Notes: generated by a model from the sequence alone, not told the origin. Counted from the first letter of the stretch, positions 17,282 through 27,953 are shown. The stretch: 64,000 nt of DNA from Thermoplasmata archaeon (GCA_036404475.1 DASWZL010000107.1:2066-66065), one strand, 5' to 3'. Made by a program: numbers and translations.

Positions 17282-18448
17282 ATGACCGCGGAACCGACCC
17301 CCTCCCCCTCCACCGAAACTCGCCTCCGGGACCTTCGACTCACCTCGTCACCCGTCGAATTCGTGGCCCGCGTGGTCACCTTCGAGCGACGCGACGTCAC
17401 GCGGAAATCCGACGGTAGCCGTCGGCCCTTGATCTCGGGTCTCCTCAGCGACGGGACGGCGACCGTGAGATTCACCTGGTGGGACCCGCCGCGCGAGGGG
17501 ATCGAGCGGGGCCTGGTGCTCCGCGCGGTGGGCGCGGAGGTACGGGAGTTCCGCGGACGCCCCGAGGTGACGTTCAGCTGGAAGACTCGCGTCGGCCCGG
17601 CGAGCCCGGCCGAGCTCCCTCAGGTCGACGCCGACGAGGTCCCGTTCCGTACGGTCCGGGAGCTCCGCCCCGCCGACGAAGGGTTCCGCATCGAGGTGCG
17701 GGTCGTGCGCATCGCGGCCAAGAGCGTGACCGTCGGGACGGAGCGACGGGTCGTGCACGAGGGGCTCGTGGCCGACCGCACCGGGGCGATCGCCCTCTCG
17801 GCCTGGAGTGACTTCGGCCTCAAGGTCGGCGAGGCGGTCCGGATCGCCGGAGGATACGTTCGCGGGTTCCGAGGGCGTCCGCAGTTCGTGCTGGACGAGC
17901 GTTCGATCGTCGTCCGCGTGGCGGGGACCGACCTCCCGGACCCCGCTCAGCTCCTCGCGGCTCCGCCCTGCTCGATCGCCCAGGTAGAGGACGAGGGGGG
18001 CGGGGAGACGGTCGCTGTGGAAGGGATCGTCGTGGGCCTCCTGCCTCCGAGCGGACTCGTCTTCCGGTGCCCCACCTGTCAGCGCTCCGTCCGCAGCGGA
18101 ATCTGTCGGGTGCACGGACAGGTCGACGGCCGGGCCGACCTTCGCGCCCGAATCGTGCTGGACGACGGAACGGGGGCGCTCACGGTGAACGCGAACCGGG
18201 CCGACACGGAGAGGCTCTGGGGCGTGACGCTGGAGGAGGCCCAGGCACGTCTCCGCAACCAACCGGACCCGAGCCTGCTCGAAGAGCAACTGCTCGAAGC
18301 CCTCCTCGGTCGCCGGCTGCGGGTCCGCGGGGTCGGAACGAACGATGAGTTCGGCGTGACGCTCACTCCGGAATCGATCGACCGGGTCGACATCGACCTG
18401 GATGCGGCGGCGGAGGAGCTCTCCGCTCGACTCGGGGAGCGCCGCTGA
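17282..18448 (+). CDS. replication protein A-type ssDNA-binding protein (OB folds plus zinc finger)
   Basis: Repeated OB-fold-like segments and a CPTCQRSVRSGICRVHG zinc ribbon, as in euryarchaeal RPA. TATA-like TTTTATG at 17241 favours the ATG at 17282 over the GTG at 17258. Confidence 0.75.
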   Translation: MTAEPTPSPSTETRLRDLRLTSSPVEFVARVVTFERRDVTRKSDGSRRPLISGLLSDGTATVRFTWWDPPREGIERGLVLRAVGAEVREFRGRPEVTFSWKTRVGPASPAELPQVDADEVPFRTVRELRPADEGFRIEVRVVRIAAKSVTVGTERRVVHEGLVADRTGAIALSAWSDFGLKVGEAVRIAGGYVRGFRGRPQFVLDERSIVVRVAGTDLPDPAQLLAAPPCSIAQVEDEGGGETVAVEGIVVGLLPPSGLVFRCPTCQRSVRSGICRVHGQVDGRADLRARIVLDDGTGALTVNANRADTERLWGVTLEEAQARLRNQPDPSLLEEQLLEALLGRRLRVRGVGTNDEFGVTLTPESIDRVDIDLDAAAEELSARLGERR

Positions 18449-19368
18449 TGTCGCTCCGGGAGCCGGCCTGGCGGGTCACGGCCCGAGAGCTCGAGAGCTC
18501 GCTGGAAGAGGAGAAGGGGGAGGGCGAGCGGCCCGCCACCTACCTTCTCTCTCCGTTCGCCGCTCGCATGAGCCGCGTTCTCCTGGCCGGGAACCTCTCG
18601 CTGGCCGAATCGATCGGCCGGGAGGAGTCCCAGGCGTTCTGGCGGGCGCGGTTGAGCGACCCCACGGGGGCCGTGGCGGTCACCGCCGGCTCCTTCCAGC
18701 CTCGGGCGATGGCCCAGCTGCGCTCCGCCTCCGCGCCTCGGCCCGCGATCGTGGTCGGCAAGGTCCACCTCTTCCGAGGGCGGGATGGTGTCGGGTACGT
18801 TTCGGTCCGGGCGGAGGCCGTCCGCTCGGTCGCCGAGGCCGAGGAACGCGCCGCCCTTGCCGACATCGTTCGGCAGACCCTCGACCGCCTCGACCTGCTG
18901 GAACGGGTCGAGAAGGAGCCCGGACTCTCCGAGGAGACGCTTCGCCAGGAGGGAATCCCCACGGCGTGGCTGCGCGCTGCGAAGGAGTCCCGGAGCCGGT
19001 ACCCGAACGTCGATCGTCCGGCGTTCCGACGCGAGCTCGGGAACGCCGTCCGCCGCGTGGCGGGCGAGAGCGGGCCTTCCCGCGCGACCTTGCCGACCCC
19101 GCCCACGGTCACCGTGACCCGCGCCCCACCGCCTCGTCCTTCCTCTCCCGCCCCGTCGGCCGCGGAGCGTGCGGAGGAGTCGCTGTTCCTCGACCAGCTC
19201 GACGAGGTGGCGGACGTCTCCGCGGACGGTTACGCGGACCTCAAGGAGGTGCTCTCCCGCGTCTCGGCCCACGGGCTCGTCGGGGAGCGGACCGAGTCGA
19301 TCCTCAACCGGCTCGAGGAGGAGGGCGTCATCGAAGAGCCAATCGTGGGGAAGCTGCGCCGCGCCTGA
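18448..19368 (+). CDS. RPA-associated OB-fold protein with C-terminal winged-helix (RPAP/RPA32-like)
   Basis: Start overlaps the rpa stop (TGATG). The N-terminal region resembles COG3390-type RPA partner proteins. C-terminus LNRLEEEGVIEEPIVGKL is wHTH-like. Confidence 0.55.
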   Translation: MSLREPAWRVTARELESSLEEEKGEGERPATYLLSPFAARMSRVLLAGNLSLAESIGREESQAFWRARLSDPTGAVAVTAGSFQPRAMAQLRSASAPRPAIVVGKVHLFRGRDGVGYVSVRAEAVRSVAEAEERAALADIVRQTLDRLDLLERVEKEPGLSEETLRQEGIPTAWLRAAKESRSRYPNVDRPAFRRELGNAVRRVAGESGPSRATLPTPPTVTVTRAPPPRPSSPAPSAAERAEESLFLDQLDEVADVSADGYADLKEVLSRVSAHGLVGERTESILNRLEEEGVIEEPIVGKLRRA

Positions 19369-19495
19369 CGACCCTCCCCGAGGGTTTATATCGGGTCCCT
19401 CCTCGGGGGCGCGGGGGAATGAGGAACACCTGTCTCTCCGAATCGATGACGAGACCAGCGACGAGCTGACCCCCACCCTCTGTTCTTCGTAGACT

Positions 19496-20419
19496 ATGGC
19501 GACCCAGCAACCTTCCCGCATCCTATGGGTCGTGGCCGTGGTCGTCGTCCTCGCCATCGCCGGGGCGGCGGCCGCCTTCGTCTACGAGTACAACAAACCG
19601 AAGGCGGCCTCGCCGATCCTCACCGTCCATCTGGGAGACAACGTGACCGTCAATTACATCGGCAAGTTCGGTAGCGGAGCCCAGGTCGGGCGCGTGTTCG
19701 ACACGTCCCTCTACTCGGTGGCGACGAACAACCAGTCGTCCCCGAAGTCGCTCGAGTACCAGTCGCGCGGGCCCGTCACGGCCTACACTCCTCTGGCGGT
19801 CCACGTTGGACCGAACGCCCCCGCGAGCGGCTACACCGTCGGGAACCTCACGTTCAACACGGTCGTCACCGGGTTCTGGCAGGGTCTCATCGGTCTCTCG
19901 GGCAACCAGAGCCACACCCTCGTAGTGCCTCCCAACCTCGGGTACGGCCCTCTCAACGTGAGCTGCCTCGCCACCGTACCGCTGGTCTACACGGTCCCGG
20001 TGCTCGCGTACGTATCGGTCACGGAGTTCGGAACCCTGTACCCCGGCGTCACCGCCTCCGTGGGGGTGGTCTTCCCCGACCCGACCTACGGGTGGAACGA
20101 CTCCGTGTTCGCGGTGAACTCGACGAGCGTCGCGGTCCAGTCGCTCGCGACCGCCAGCGGGACGACCGACCCGAACGGACTTCCGTTCGTGGTCTCGAAC
20201 CTCAACTCGACCTCGATCACGCTCTCGAGCCAGCTCACCCCCGCGAACGCCGGGCTCGTCCTCGGTCACGCCACGAGCGGGGGACTCTGCGGGAAGACGA
20301 GTTTCATCGTCAGTTCGGTCGACCTCGCGACCGGCACCTTCACAGAGAACTTCAACCCCGAGGTCCAGGGCGAGACCCTCGACTTCGTCGTGTCGGTGGT
20401 CGATATCTTCCCGGTGTGA
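19496..20419 (+). CDS. membrane-anchored extracellular protein with FKBP-type PPIase-like domain
   Basis: N-terminal TM helix. VTVNYIGKF..G..FDTS and LVVPPNLGYG resemble the FKBP signature. Many N-x-S/T sequons. Confidence 0.55.
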   Translation: MATQQPSRILWVVAVVVVLAIAGAAAAFVYEYNKPKAASPILTVHLGDNVTVNYIGKFGSGAQVGRVFDTSLYSVATNNQSSPKSLEYQSRGPVTAYTPLAVHVGPNAPASGYTVGNLTFNTVVTGFWQGLIGLSGNQSHTLVVPPNLGYGPLNVSCLATVPLVYTVPVLAYVSVTEFGTLYPGVTASVGVVFPDPTYGWNDSVFAVNSTSVAVQSLATASGTTDPNGLPFVVSNLNSTSITLSSQLTPANAGLVLGHATSGGLCGKTSFIVSSVDLATGTFTENFNPEVQGETLDFVVSVVDIFPV

Positions 20420-20426
20420 GAGGAGC

Positions 20427-21356
20427 TCACCCTCCGAGGGTGATCTTCCCGCGCTTCAGGAGCTCCTCGAGCTGAGCCTCCGCGGTCGTGGAGAGGAGCT
20501 CCTCGGACGGAGGACCGCGGGTATGGGAATAGGTACGGAGCATGCGACGCGCCTGTTCGCGCCGTGACCGGGACTTCGCGAGAAGCTGGCGAGCCTCGTG
20601 CTCGAGCTCGTTCATCTCGCGGCTTAGGCTGTCGACCTTCGCGAGGGCGTCGGCCCGGGCCCGCCCCTTCTCCCGCAACGAAGCGATGAGCCCTCCCGCG
20701 ACCTCGAGCTTCTCCCGGACCGCAGTCATCTTCGAATCGCGTTCGGTCTTGGCTGCGGTCAGCTCCTGGCCGCGGAGGGCGAACTCCTCCCGAGCGGTCG
20801 CGAGCGCAGCCTCGGCGTCCTTGAGCTTCTGCTGGTGAGCCGCGACGACCACGGTGCGTGCCTCGGCCTGCTTCAGCTCCTGGGTCCGCTGGCGCAACAG
20901 CGCGATGAGCGCATTCTCCTCGTCGAGCGGTAGGGCACGGGTCTGCTGGCGAAGCTCGAGCTGGGCGATCTCCTTACGGATCTGGTCCGGGCGCACGCGC
21001 TCCCCGGGAGCGAAGGTGAGCCGCACCTCCCGCACCTGGACGATTGCTTCCTCGACCTTCTTGCGAGCCGCTTCGCGAGCGTTGCGGACCTCGGCGAGCC
21101 GCCGTCCGAGCGCGTGGTGCTCCTCGTAGAGCCGCTCGACCTCGGCCTGGGGGACCTGTCGGCGGTCGTAGATCGCCTTCTGCTCGGAAGAGAGGCGGCG
21201 CACCTCGGCGATCAGGTCCTCCCGACGATCGAAGAGGGACCGGAGCTTCGTGTCGACCGAGCGAAGCCGTTCTCGGTCGTCGCGGTCCTCGCGTTCTTCC
21301 TCGTCGGAGAGCAGGGCGCGCGGAGGCACGGCCTCCCGAGGAGTCGCAGCTCTCAA
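20427..21356 (-). CDS. archaeal coiled-coil protein (COG1340-like)
   Basis: 309 aa, almost entirely heptad-like charged helices (E/R/K/L/A rich). No enzymatic motifs. Confidence 0.6.
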   Translation of the reverse strand: MRAATPREAVPPRALLSDEEEREDRDDRERLRSVDTKLRSLFDRREDLIAEVRRLSSEQKAIYDRRQVPQAEVERLYEEHHALGRRLAEVRNAREAARKKVEEAIVQVREVRLTFAPGERVRPDQIRKEIAQLELRQQTRALPLDEENALIALLRQRTQELKQAEARTVVVAAHQQKLKDAEAALATAREEFALRGQELTAAKTERDSKMTAVREKLEVAGGLIASLREKGRARADALAKVDSLSREMNELEHEARQLLAKSRSRREQARRMLRTYSHTRGPPSEELLSTTAEAQLEELLKRGKITLGG

Positions 21357-21410
21357 AAGCCCTTCTCTCGGGCCGGCTCAAGGAAGGCGAAAGGCCTCCC
21401 CCCTCGGGAG

Positions 21411-22190
21411 CTACGCGCGCGGTCGTCGGACGGGGCGCGGTTCCCGCGCCGGCCCCTCGGCGAAATGCTGGGCGGCGAAGAGGGCCGCAGGGACGGCCGC
21501 ATCGATGTTGACCACTGCCAGGGGGGCGCAGGACTGCAGCATGGCGTTAAGGGCGGCCTCGCCGCGACCCCCCCGGCCGTAGCCCACGGACGTGGGAACG
21601 CCCACGACGGGAGCGCGAACGAGGCCCGCGACGATCGTGGGAAGCGCCCCCTCCCGGCCCGCGAAGACGAGGTATACCTCGGGCCGGCGCGCCTCCAGCC
21701 GGTGAATGGTCGACAGGAGCCGGTGGAGCCCCGCGACACCGACGTCGTACGCCCGAACGACCGGGATCCCGAGCTCGAGAAGGACGGCTCTCGCCTCCTC
21801 CGCGAGCGGCACGTCGCTCGTACCCGCCGTGAGGATTGCCGCGACCCCCCGTCGGTACCGCGGACCAAGAGGTCCGGGGAGTCGAACGAGCCGGTCGTCG
21901 GCCCGGAACTTGAGGCGCCGGCCCGTTCCGGACCGGGGACGCCAGGCTCGGAGCGCTCGGAGCTGGGCGGGGGTCGGTCGTGAGATGAGCGCGCCAAGCC
22001 TCCGCTCGGACAGGGCCCGGACGATGCCGAGCAGGTGGTTGATGCTCTTGCCCTCCCCGAGAATGACCTCGGGAACGCCGACGCGACGCGCGCGATCCCG
22101 GTCCAGCCGGGCGAAATGGCGGACCCGAAGCGCCCTCGGTTCCCCGCGCGGGCCGGAGGCCAACCTCCTCGACGTCACGTCGAGGACCAC
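21411..22190 (-). CDS. larB: nickel-pincer cofactor biosynthesis protein LarB (PurE-like carboxylase/hydrolase)
   Basis: [42 protein letters not shown] and [11 protein letters not shown] match the LarB/COG1691 pattern. No ATG is available; GTG at 22190 or 22178 is the start. Confidence 0.8.
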   Translation of the reverse strand: MVLDVTSRRLASGPRGEPRALRVRHFARLDRDRARRVGVPEVILGEGKSINHLLGIVRALSERRLGALISRPTPAQLRALRAWRPRSGTGRRLKFRADDRLVRLPGPLGPRYRRGVAAILTAGTSDVPLAEEARAVLLELGIPVVRAYDVGVAGLHRLLSTIHRLEARRPEVYLVFAGREGALPTIVAGLVRAPVVGVPTSVGYGRGGRGEAALNAMLQSCAPLAVVNIDAAVPAALFAAQHFAEGPAREPRPVRRPRA

Positions 22191-22238
22191 CCAAGCCGTG
22201 ATATAGCGGATTCCGCTCACACGCCACCCTCGCGGTCC

Positions 22239-23387
22239 ATGCCGGATTTCTCGCTGACCCCGGAGCAAGAAAGCCTGCGGGACCTCGCCCGGAAGTTCGC
22301 CCGTACCGAGATGGCCCCGCACGCGGCCGAGTGCGACCGGACGTCGCGGTTCCCTGAGGAAATCTACCGGAAGGCGTTCGACCTGGGTCTCCTGAATCTC
22401 AACGTCCCCGCCGAGTACGGGGGAAGCGGCCTCGGCCTGTTCGACCAGTGCCTCATCGTCGAGGAGCTGGCCTACGGCTGTGGCGGGATGACGACCACCG
22501 TCATCGCGAACTGCCTCGCGCTCGAGCCGATCCTGCTCGACGGTTCGCCCGAACAGAAGGACCGGTTCCTGAAGCCGTTCTGCGCGGAGTACCACCTCGC
22601 GGCGTTCGCCCTCACGGAACCGTCGGGCGGCTCCGACCCCGGAACGATGCGGACCCTCGCGCGAAGGGAGGGGGACCACTACGTTCTCTCCGGGGAGAAG
22701 TGCTTCATCTCGAACGCCCCCCAAGCCTCGCTCCTCCTCGTGTTCGCCAACGTCGACCCGAGCCTCCGGCACAAGGGAGTGACGGCGTTTGTCGTCGCGC
22801 GGTCGGCGGAAGGGGTAACGGTAGGCCCGGACGAGGAGAAGATGGGGCATCGCGCCTCCTCCACGGCCACGATCCGGTTCGACGACGTCCGAGTCCCCGC
22901 CTCCGACCGCCTCGGCGCGGAGGGGACCGGGTTCTCGCTCGCCATGCGCACCCTCGACCAGACCCGGACGCCGATTGGCGCCCTCGCCACCGGGATCGCC
23001 CAAGCGGCGCTCGACCACGCGGCCTCCTACTCGCTCAAGCGAGAGACCTTCGGGAAGCCTATCTCCGAGCACCAGGCGATCCAGATCAAGCTCGCGAACA
23101 TGGCCCAGGCCGTGCACGCCGCGCGGCTTCTCACCTGGCGCGCGGCGTGGATGATCGACCGGGGTCAGAAAGGGACGCTCGAGTCGTCGATTGCGAAGTG
23201 CTACGCCTCCGACGCCGCCTTCGACGTTGCAGACGAGGCGATCCAGACCTTCGGGGGGTACGGATACATGCGAGAGTATCCCGTCGAGAAGCTCCTTCGG
23301 GACGCCAAGCTCACCCAGATCTACGAAGGCGCGAACGAGATCCAGCGGATCGTCATCGCGCGCGAGCTCCTGCGGGGATACGGCTAG
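22239..23387 (+). CDS. acyl-CoA dehydrogenase (short/medium-chain type)
   Basis: 382 aa. [12 protein letters not shown], a YEGANEIQR-type C-terminal motif and IQTFGGYGY are present. A TATA-like ATATAG lies about 35 nt upstream. Confidence 0.9.
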   Translation: MPDFSLTPEQESLRDLARKFARTEMAPHAAECDRTSRFPEEIYRKAFDLGLLNLNVPAEYGGSGLGLFDQCLIVEELAYGCGGMTTTVIANCLALEPILLDGSPEQKDRFLKPFCAEYHLAAFALTEPSGGSDPGTMRTLARREGDHYVLSGEKCFISNAPQASLLLVFANVDPSLRHKGVTAFVVARSAEGVTVGPDEEKMGHRASSTATIRFDDVRVPASDRLGAEGTGFSLAMRTLDQTRTPIGALATGIAQAALDHAASYSLKRETFGKPISEHQAIQIKLANMAQAVHAARLLTWRAAWMIDRGQKGTLESSIAKCYASDAAFDVADEAIQTFGGYGYMREYPVEKLLRDAKLTQIYEGANEIQRIVIARELLRGYG

Positions 23388-23402
23388 ACCGGGGACGGGT
23401 CC

Positions 23403-24185
23403 GTGGAGATCGTCGTCTGCGTTAAACCGGTCCCGGATGCCGAGACCCGGCTCCGCACGGCCCCCGACGGGACGACCCTCGACATCGAGGCGGTGAAGTT
23501 CGTCCTCGCGGGCTACGATGAGTCCGCGGTCGAACAAGCGCTCCTCTTGAGGGAGGCGAATCCCGGCTCGAAGGTGCATGTTGTTTCCGCCGGGCCTCCC
23601 CCGAGAACGGAGGAGGTCCTTCGGGCATCGCTCGCCCTCGGATGCGACCTCGCCACCTGGGTCGAGACCCCCCCGGGGGTGGCTCCCGACCCGGTCTCGG
23701 CGGCCCGGGCCCTCGCCCGCGCCGTGTCGGCGGTCCCGCACGACCTGGTCTTGTGCGGCAAGAACGCCGGGGACGACGAGGCGGGGGTCGTCCCGGGGGC
23801 GCTCGCCGAGCTCCTCGGGGTCCCGGATTTCAGCGCGGTCCTCGACCTGCGGTGGGATGCCGGCGCCGCTCGACTTCGGTTCCAACGGAACACCGAAGCC
23901 GGGGTGGAGAGCTGGGAGGCGCCCCTTCCCTGCGTCGTCGCGTTGCAGCAGGCCTGGAACGATCCGCGGACCGCCAAGCTCCCCGCGATCCTGAAGTCGC
24001 GGAGGTTGCCCATCGCGAAGGTCTCCCCCGAGGCGGCGGCGCCGACCGTGGGCACTACCCGGCCGACGAAGTTCGAGCTTCCTCCCCCTCGCACGGGGGC
24101 GAAGCTCATCGAGTTCAAGACGCCCGAAGAGGCCGCCCAGAAACTGGTGAAGGTCCTCAAGGAGGAGGCCAAAGTCTTCCCATGA
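23403..24185 (+). CDS. etfB: electron transfer flavoprotein beta subunit
   Basis: [12 protein letters not shown] start and [23 protein letters not shown] motif. The stop overlaps the etfA start (ATGA). Confidence 0.9.
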   Translation: MEIVVCVKPVPDAETRLRTAPDGTTLDIEAVKFVLAGYDESAVEQALLLREANPGSKVHVVSAGPPPRTEEVLRASLALGCDLATWVETPPGVAPDPVSAARALARAVSAVPHDLVLCGKNAGDDEAGVVPGALAELLGVPDFSAVLDLRWDAGAARLRFQRNTEAGVESWEAPLPCVVALQQAWNDPRTAKLPAILKSRRLPIAKVSPEAAAPTVGTTRPTKFELPPPRTGAKLIEFKTPEEAAQKLVKVLKEEAKVFP

Positions 24186-25165
24186 CGGGACCGACGTTGG
24201 TCGTCGGGGAGGTCCACGACGGCGGCCTCTCGGACGCGACCAAGGAGGCGGTCGGCTTCGCCCAGAGCGTTTCCGGCAAGGAGAACGTCGTCGGGTTCCT
24301 GGCCGGGAGCTCGTCCCGCGCTCCCGCCGCCGGCTTCGGCCGCTGCGGCGTCGCGCGAACGTTCGTCGCCGAGGACCCCCGGTTGGACGGAGCGGTCGGA
24401 GCGGTGGTGGCCCATCTCGTGGCGTCGGCCGCCGATTCGCTCGGGGCGGACCTCGTGGTCGTCGGCGGCTCGACGTTCGGCCGGGACCTTGTCGCTCGCC
24501 TCGGCGTCCGCTGGAGCGCCGCGGTCGCGACGGGAGTGACGAGCCTCTCGCGGACCGGCGCCGCCCTCGAGGTCCGTCGGCCGGTCTTCGGCGGACGCGC
24601 CACGGAGACGCGGCAGCTCGAAGGGGCGCACGCGGCGGTCGCGATCCGCCCCCACGCGTCCGCGGCCCCCCCCGAGTCTCCCGGAGAGACGGCCCTGACC
24701 GCCGTCTCGGTGGAGGGGATCCCGCCCTTGCTCTGGGCTCCCCAGCGGTTGGGCGTCAAGGTCGTTCCCCGGGGTGCCGGGCCGAGCTTGACCGACGCGT
24801 CGATCGTCGTCTCGGGGGGCCGCGGGATTCGCGCGGCCGAGAACTTCCGTCTCATCGACGAGCTCGCCGCGTCCCTCGACGCGGCGGTCGGGGCCTCGCG
24901 CGCGGTCACGGACGCCGGTTGGCGACCCGAGAACTATCAGGTCGGTCAGACGGGAAAGCAGGTGTCGCCCCAGCTCTACGTGGCCGTGGGGATCTCGGGG
25001 GCGATCCAGCACCTAATGGGCATGATCAGTTCGCGGGTCATCGTCGCGATCAACTCCGATCCTTCCGCTCCGATCTTCAAGGTCGCGGATTACGGTCTCG
25101 TGGCCGACCTCTTCCAGGTCGTGCCCGCGCTCACCCAGGAGATCCGGCGCGCGCGCGGACAGTGA
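24182..25165 (+). CDS. etfA: electron transfer flavoprotein alpha subunit
   Basis: C-terminal FAD-binding motifs [44 protein letters not shown]. Confidence 0.9.
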   Translation: MTGPTLVVGEVHDGGLSDATKEAVGFAQSVSGKENVVGFLAGSSSRAPAAGFGRCGVARTFVAEDPRLDGAVGAVVAHLVASAADSLGADLVVVGGSTFGRDLVARLGVRWSAAVATGVTSLSRTGAALEVRRPVFGGRATETRQLEGAHAAVAIRPHASAAPPESPGETALTAVSVEGIPPLLWAPQRLGVKVVPRGAGPSLTDASIVVSGGRGIRAAENFRLIDELAASLDAAVGASRAVTDAGWRPENYQVGQTGKQVSPQLYVAVGISGAIQHLMGMISSRVIVAINSDPSAPIFKVADYGLVADLFQVVPALTQEIRRARGQ

Positions 25166-25228
25166 CCGAACGCCGACGCGACGTGCCCCCGACGGCTCGT
25201 TCGGGAGGACGTTCGGGCGTCGACCGTC

Positions 25229-26530
25229 CTACAGTTCGAAGGCGATCTCCACGCCGTCACGGAGCAATGTCAACGTCTTGACGCCGGCCGCCTTCTGGGC
25301 CGCCAAGAGGAGCTTCCGGGCGGAGCGCTTCGGGGACCCCGCCTCTCCCATCATCGAGCGAAGGAGCTCCGTGGCGAACCTTGGGTAGAGGGAGTAGATC
25401 CGAGGGTTCCACTTGACGCGGTCGAGCCCCGCGAAGCCCCGGAAGTCCGAAAGGATCCCGGTCGCCTCGAGCCGCCGGTCGTATTCCGCGAGCTTCCGGG
25501 CCGATGGGTCGCCCGCGGCCTTCGCCGCGAGGGCGGTCTCGGCGGCCTCGAGGCCGGAGCGGATGGCGTAGTTCATCCCCTGGATCATGATCCCGTTCGA
25601 GAAGACGAACCCCGCCGCATCGCCGGCCACCATCCAACCGTCGCCGTGGAACGCGGCGGGCCGGCTGGCCCACCCCGACGGGACCAGTTTCGCGCCGTAC
25701 TCGACGAGCTCGGCGCCCTTGAGGCGCCTCGCGATCGCCGGATGGAGCTTGAACCGCTCGACGAGCTCCTGCGCGTAGGCGTTCCGGCCGTAGAGCGACC
25801 GGAGGGAGACGATGATCCCGAGCGAGAGGGTGTCGCGGTTGGTGTAGAGGAATCCCCCGCCCATCACCCCGGGCGGGAACAGTCCGGCGACCCACTCCTC
25901 CGCGTGCCCCTCGCTACCCGTCACCTGGAAGCGGTCTTCGATGACCGAGGGGTCGAGGTGGAACACTTCCTTGATCCCCAGCTCGGTCGTCTCGGGGGAG
26001 AGGTGGGGGTTCGGCTGGATCGGGGTACCGAGCGACAGGCGGGAGTTCGCTCCGTCCGCGAGGATCGTCACCGGGGCGGTCATCGTCTCCCCGCCTTGGA
26101 CGATCCCGTGCACTCGCGTACCCTCCCAGTTCAGTCGATCCACGGGGACCGCCGCGACGACCGTGGCTCCGGCCTCCTCGGCCTTCTTGGCGAGCCAGCT
26201 GTCCGTCCGGGCGCGAAGGACGGTGTGGGCGGCGTACGGCTCCGTGTTCCAGCTGCCTTCCTCGAGGTCGAACGAGAGGGCGCTGTCGGCGGTCAGGAGG
26301 CCGAACCGCTTCCGGATGACGTGGCGTTCGACCGGCATCTCGCGCCACCAGTTGGGCAGGATGCGAGCGAGGTCATTCCCCCAGAGGAGCCCGCCCGAGA
26401 GGTTCTTGGCGCCGGGCTCGGCCCCGCGCTCGACGAGGAGCGTGTTCGCGCCCCCCTGGGCGAGGCGGATCGCCGCCGAGCTGCCGGCCATGCCGGCACC
26501 GACCACGATGACGTCAAAATCGTCGGCCAT
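25229..26530 (-). CDS. fixC: FixC/EtfQO-like FAD-dependent oxidoreductase
   Basis: DVIVVGAGMAGSSAAIRLA dinucleotide fold. 433 aa FixC-like architecture, convergent with etfBA. Confidence 0.85.
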   Translation of the reverse strand: MADDFDVIVVGAGMAGSSAAIRLAQGGANTLLVERGAEPGAKNLSGGLLWGNDLARILPNWWREMPVERHVIRKRFGLLTADSALSFDLEEGSWNTEPYAAHTVLRARTDSWLAKKAEEAGATVVAAVPVDRLNWEGTRVHGIVQGGETMTAPVTILADGANSRLSLGTPIQPNPHLSPETTELGIKEVFHLDPSVIEDRFQVTGSEGHAEEWVAGLFPPGVMGGGFLYTNRDTLSLGIIVSLRSLYGRNAYAQELVERFKLHPAIARRLKGAELVEYGAKLVPSGWASRPAAFHGDGWMVAGDAAGFVFSNGIMIQGMNYAIRSGLEAAETALAAKAAGDPSARKLAEYDRRLEATGILSDFRGFAGLDRVKWNPRIYSLYPRFATELLRSMMGEAGSPKRSARKLLLAAQKAAGVKTLTLLRDGVEIAFEL

Positions 26531-26584
26531 GGCCCGGCGCCCGACGCGGCCGGTCCGATTTAAGGTGCCCGCCCGGCCCGCGCC

Positions 26585-27226
26585 TCAGTGACCGGGACCC
26601 GGCATGACCAGCGGGCCCGGTGCCGACTGCACGTTCTGGGTCGCGTTCTCGATCAGCTTCTGGAACCGGAACGGCTTCGGTATCCCCTTCCAGTCCTCGT
26701 TTCCGAGGCGGCTCCCGCCTTCGGAGCTGACGCGCACGGTCCCGTACCCAAGGATGCGCTGGCCGAACGACTGGTGGACGTCGACCCCCCGGACCTGGGT
26801 CACGGGGATCTCATCGAAGCCCTTCCCGAGGATTCCCTTCTGAACGATCACCCGGCGATTGGTGACCGCGTAGACGGTGGTGATCCAACGGAAGTATCGG
26901 ATGAGGAGCCAGAGAAGGCCGATGAGGAATAGCAGGAGCCAGAAGTAGGCGAGGTACTTCTGGCCGTCGGGGGAGAGATAGGTCTGGAGGGTCAACCCCG
27001 AATAGAGCCACGGGAACCAGTTGGGCAAAGCCGGGATGATCGCGTGGGCTGAAGCGAACGCCAGCACGCCGAAGAAGACCGTCCACAGTAGCGGGCCGGG
27101 GAAGTAGAAGATCTTCGTGGCGCGAGTCTCCTCCAGCAGATACTCTGTGTCCCCGAGGTATGTGGCCTTGAGCAGCTTCGGCATCCTATGAGGGGTCGTC
27201 GTCATGGGAACCGTTCCGAGGGGCAT
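26585..27226 (-). CDS. membrane protein with bacterial-type PH (bPH_2/DUF304) domain
   Basis: Three or four TM helices followed by YAVTNRRVIVQKGILGKGFDEIPVTQVRGVDVHQSFGQRILGYGTVRV, typical of YdbS/YdbT-like PH domains. Confidence 0.7.
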   Translation of the reverse strand: MPLGTVPMTTTPHRMPKLLKATYLGDTEYLLEETRATKIFYFPGPLLWTVFFGVLAFASAHAIIPALPNWFPWLYSGLTLQTYLSPDGQKYLAYFWLLLFLIGLLWLLIRYFRWITTVYAVTNRRVIVQKGILGKGFDEIPVTQVRGVDVHQSFGQRILGYGTVRVSSEGGSRLGNEDWKGIPKPFRFQKLIENATQNVQSAPGPLVMPGPGH

Positions 27227-27531
27227 GGGGCCGGTTGGGAGATAAACTCTCGGGCCGCACGGAGAGCAGCGTTCCGCCCTTTCATGGCGCGGTTCGTCGG
27301 GCCCTCCATGGGGGTCACTCGCTACCCCGTCCCAATCGTCCCGATCTGGGAGATTCGGCCGGACGCGCTCAAGCTCCTTGCTCCGGTGAACCCCTCCGCG
27401 GCCCGGTGGACGCGTTCCGGGCGCTCCCCATTCTCAGCGCGACGACCCGGTCCGTATCCTCGAGGAGAATCCGCTCGGGGTGTTCCCTCGCCGGGCGCCC
27501 TCTTGAAATACTGGGGTCGACTCGCATTGTC

Positions 27532-27945
27532 GTGACCGAGACCCCCGAGCACCCCGGGGAGGCTCCGACCCCTCCGGCCGAGGAGGAGCCGACGCCTATC
27601 ATCGAGGTCGTCGAGGGGGGTGAGGAGGTCGGGCGCCTCCCGCTTCCTCGACGCAGCCGCGGCGAGGTGTTCGGGATCGCGAACCAGCTCCTCGGGGCGG
27701 CCCGTATCCGAGTCATGTGCGAGGACAACGTCTCGCGGATGGGGCGGATCACCGGGAAGATGAAGAAGAAGATGTGGATTCGGGAGGGCGACCTCCTGAT
27801 CCTGCGACCCTGGGGCTTCCAGGAAGGGAAGGCGGACATCCTCTTCCGCTACAGCCGAACCCAGTCCCAGTACCTCGCTCGTAAGAACATACTGCCGGCG
27901 TCGGTCAACATCTTCCAGACCGCGGAGTCCCCGTCGACGCCCTAG
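27532..27945 (+). CDS. translation initiation factor aIF-1A with acidic/Pro-rich N-terminal extension
   Basis: Carries the S1-like core GEVFGIANQLLGAARIRVMCEDNVSRMGRITGKMKKKMWIREGDLLILRPW...KADILFRY. GTG start at 27532; the upstream in-frame part of the track ORF looks non-coding. Confidence 0.8.
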   Translation: MTETPEHPGEAPTPPAEEEPTPIIEVVEGGEEVGRLPLPRRSRGEVFGIANQLLGAARIRVMCEDNVSRMGRITGKMKKKMWIREGDLLILRPWGFQEGKADILFRYSRTQSQYLARKNILPASVNIFQTAESPSTP

Positions 27946-27953
27946 GAGGCAGG

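Noticed and set aside
21411-23885. 824-aa minus-strand ORF, plus similar very long ORFs (8912-10564 +, 18079-19557 -, 30413-32578 +, 42818-44404 -, 12450-13922 +)
   Set aside because: These are Arg/Pro/Gly/Asp-rich, low-complexity translations lying antisense to, or out of frame with, genes that have strong family motifs. This is typical of shadow ORFs in stop-poor high-GC DNA. Only the last 255 codons or so of 21411-23885 (larB) are real.
25166-25228. A missing fixX might be hidden downstream of fixC
   Set aside because: Only 63 nt separate the fixC stop from the etfA stop, which is too short for a ferredoxin ORF in any frame.
27235-27531. In-frame upstream extension that would make aIF-1A 236 aa
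   Set aside because: The extension is Arg/Ser/Pro-rich with no similarity to aIF-1A. A GTG at 27532 gives a plausible length.
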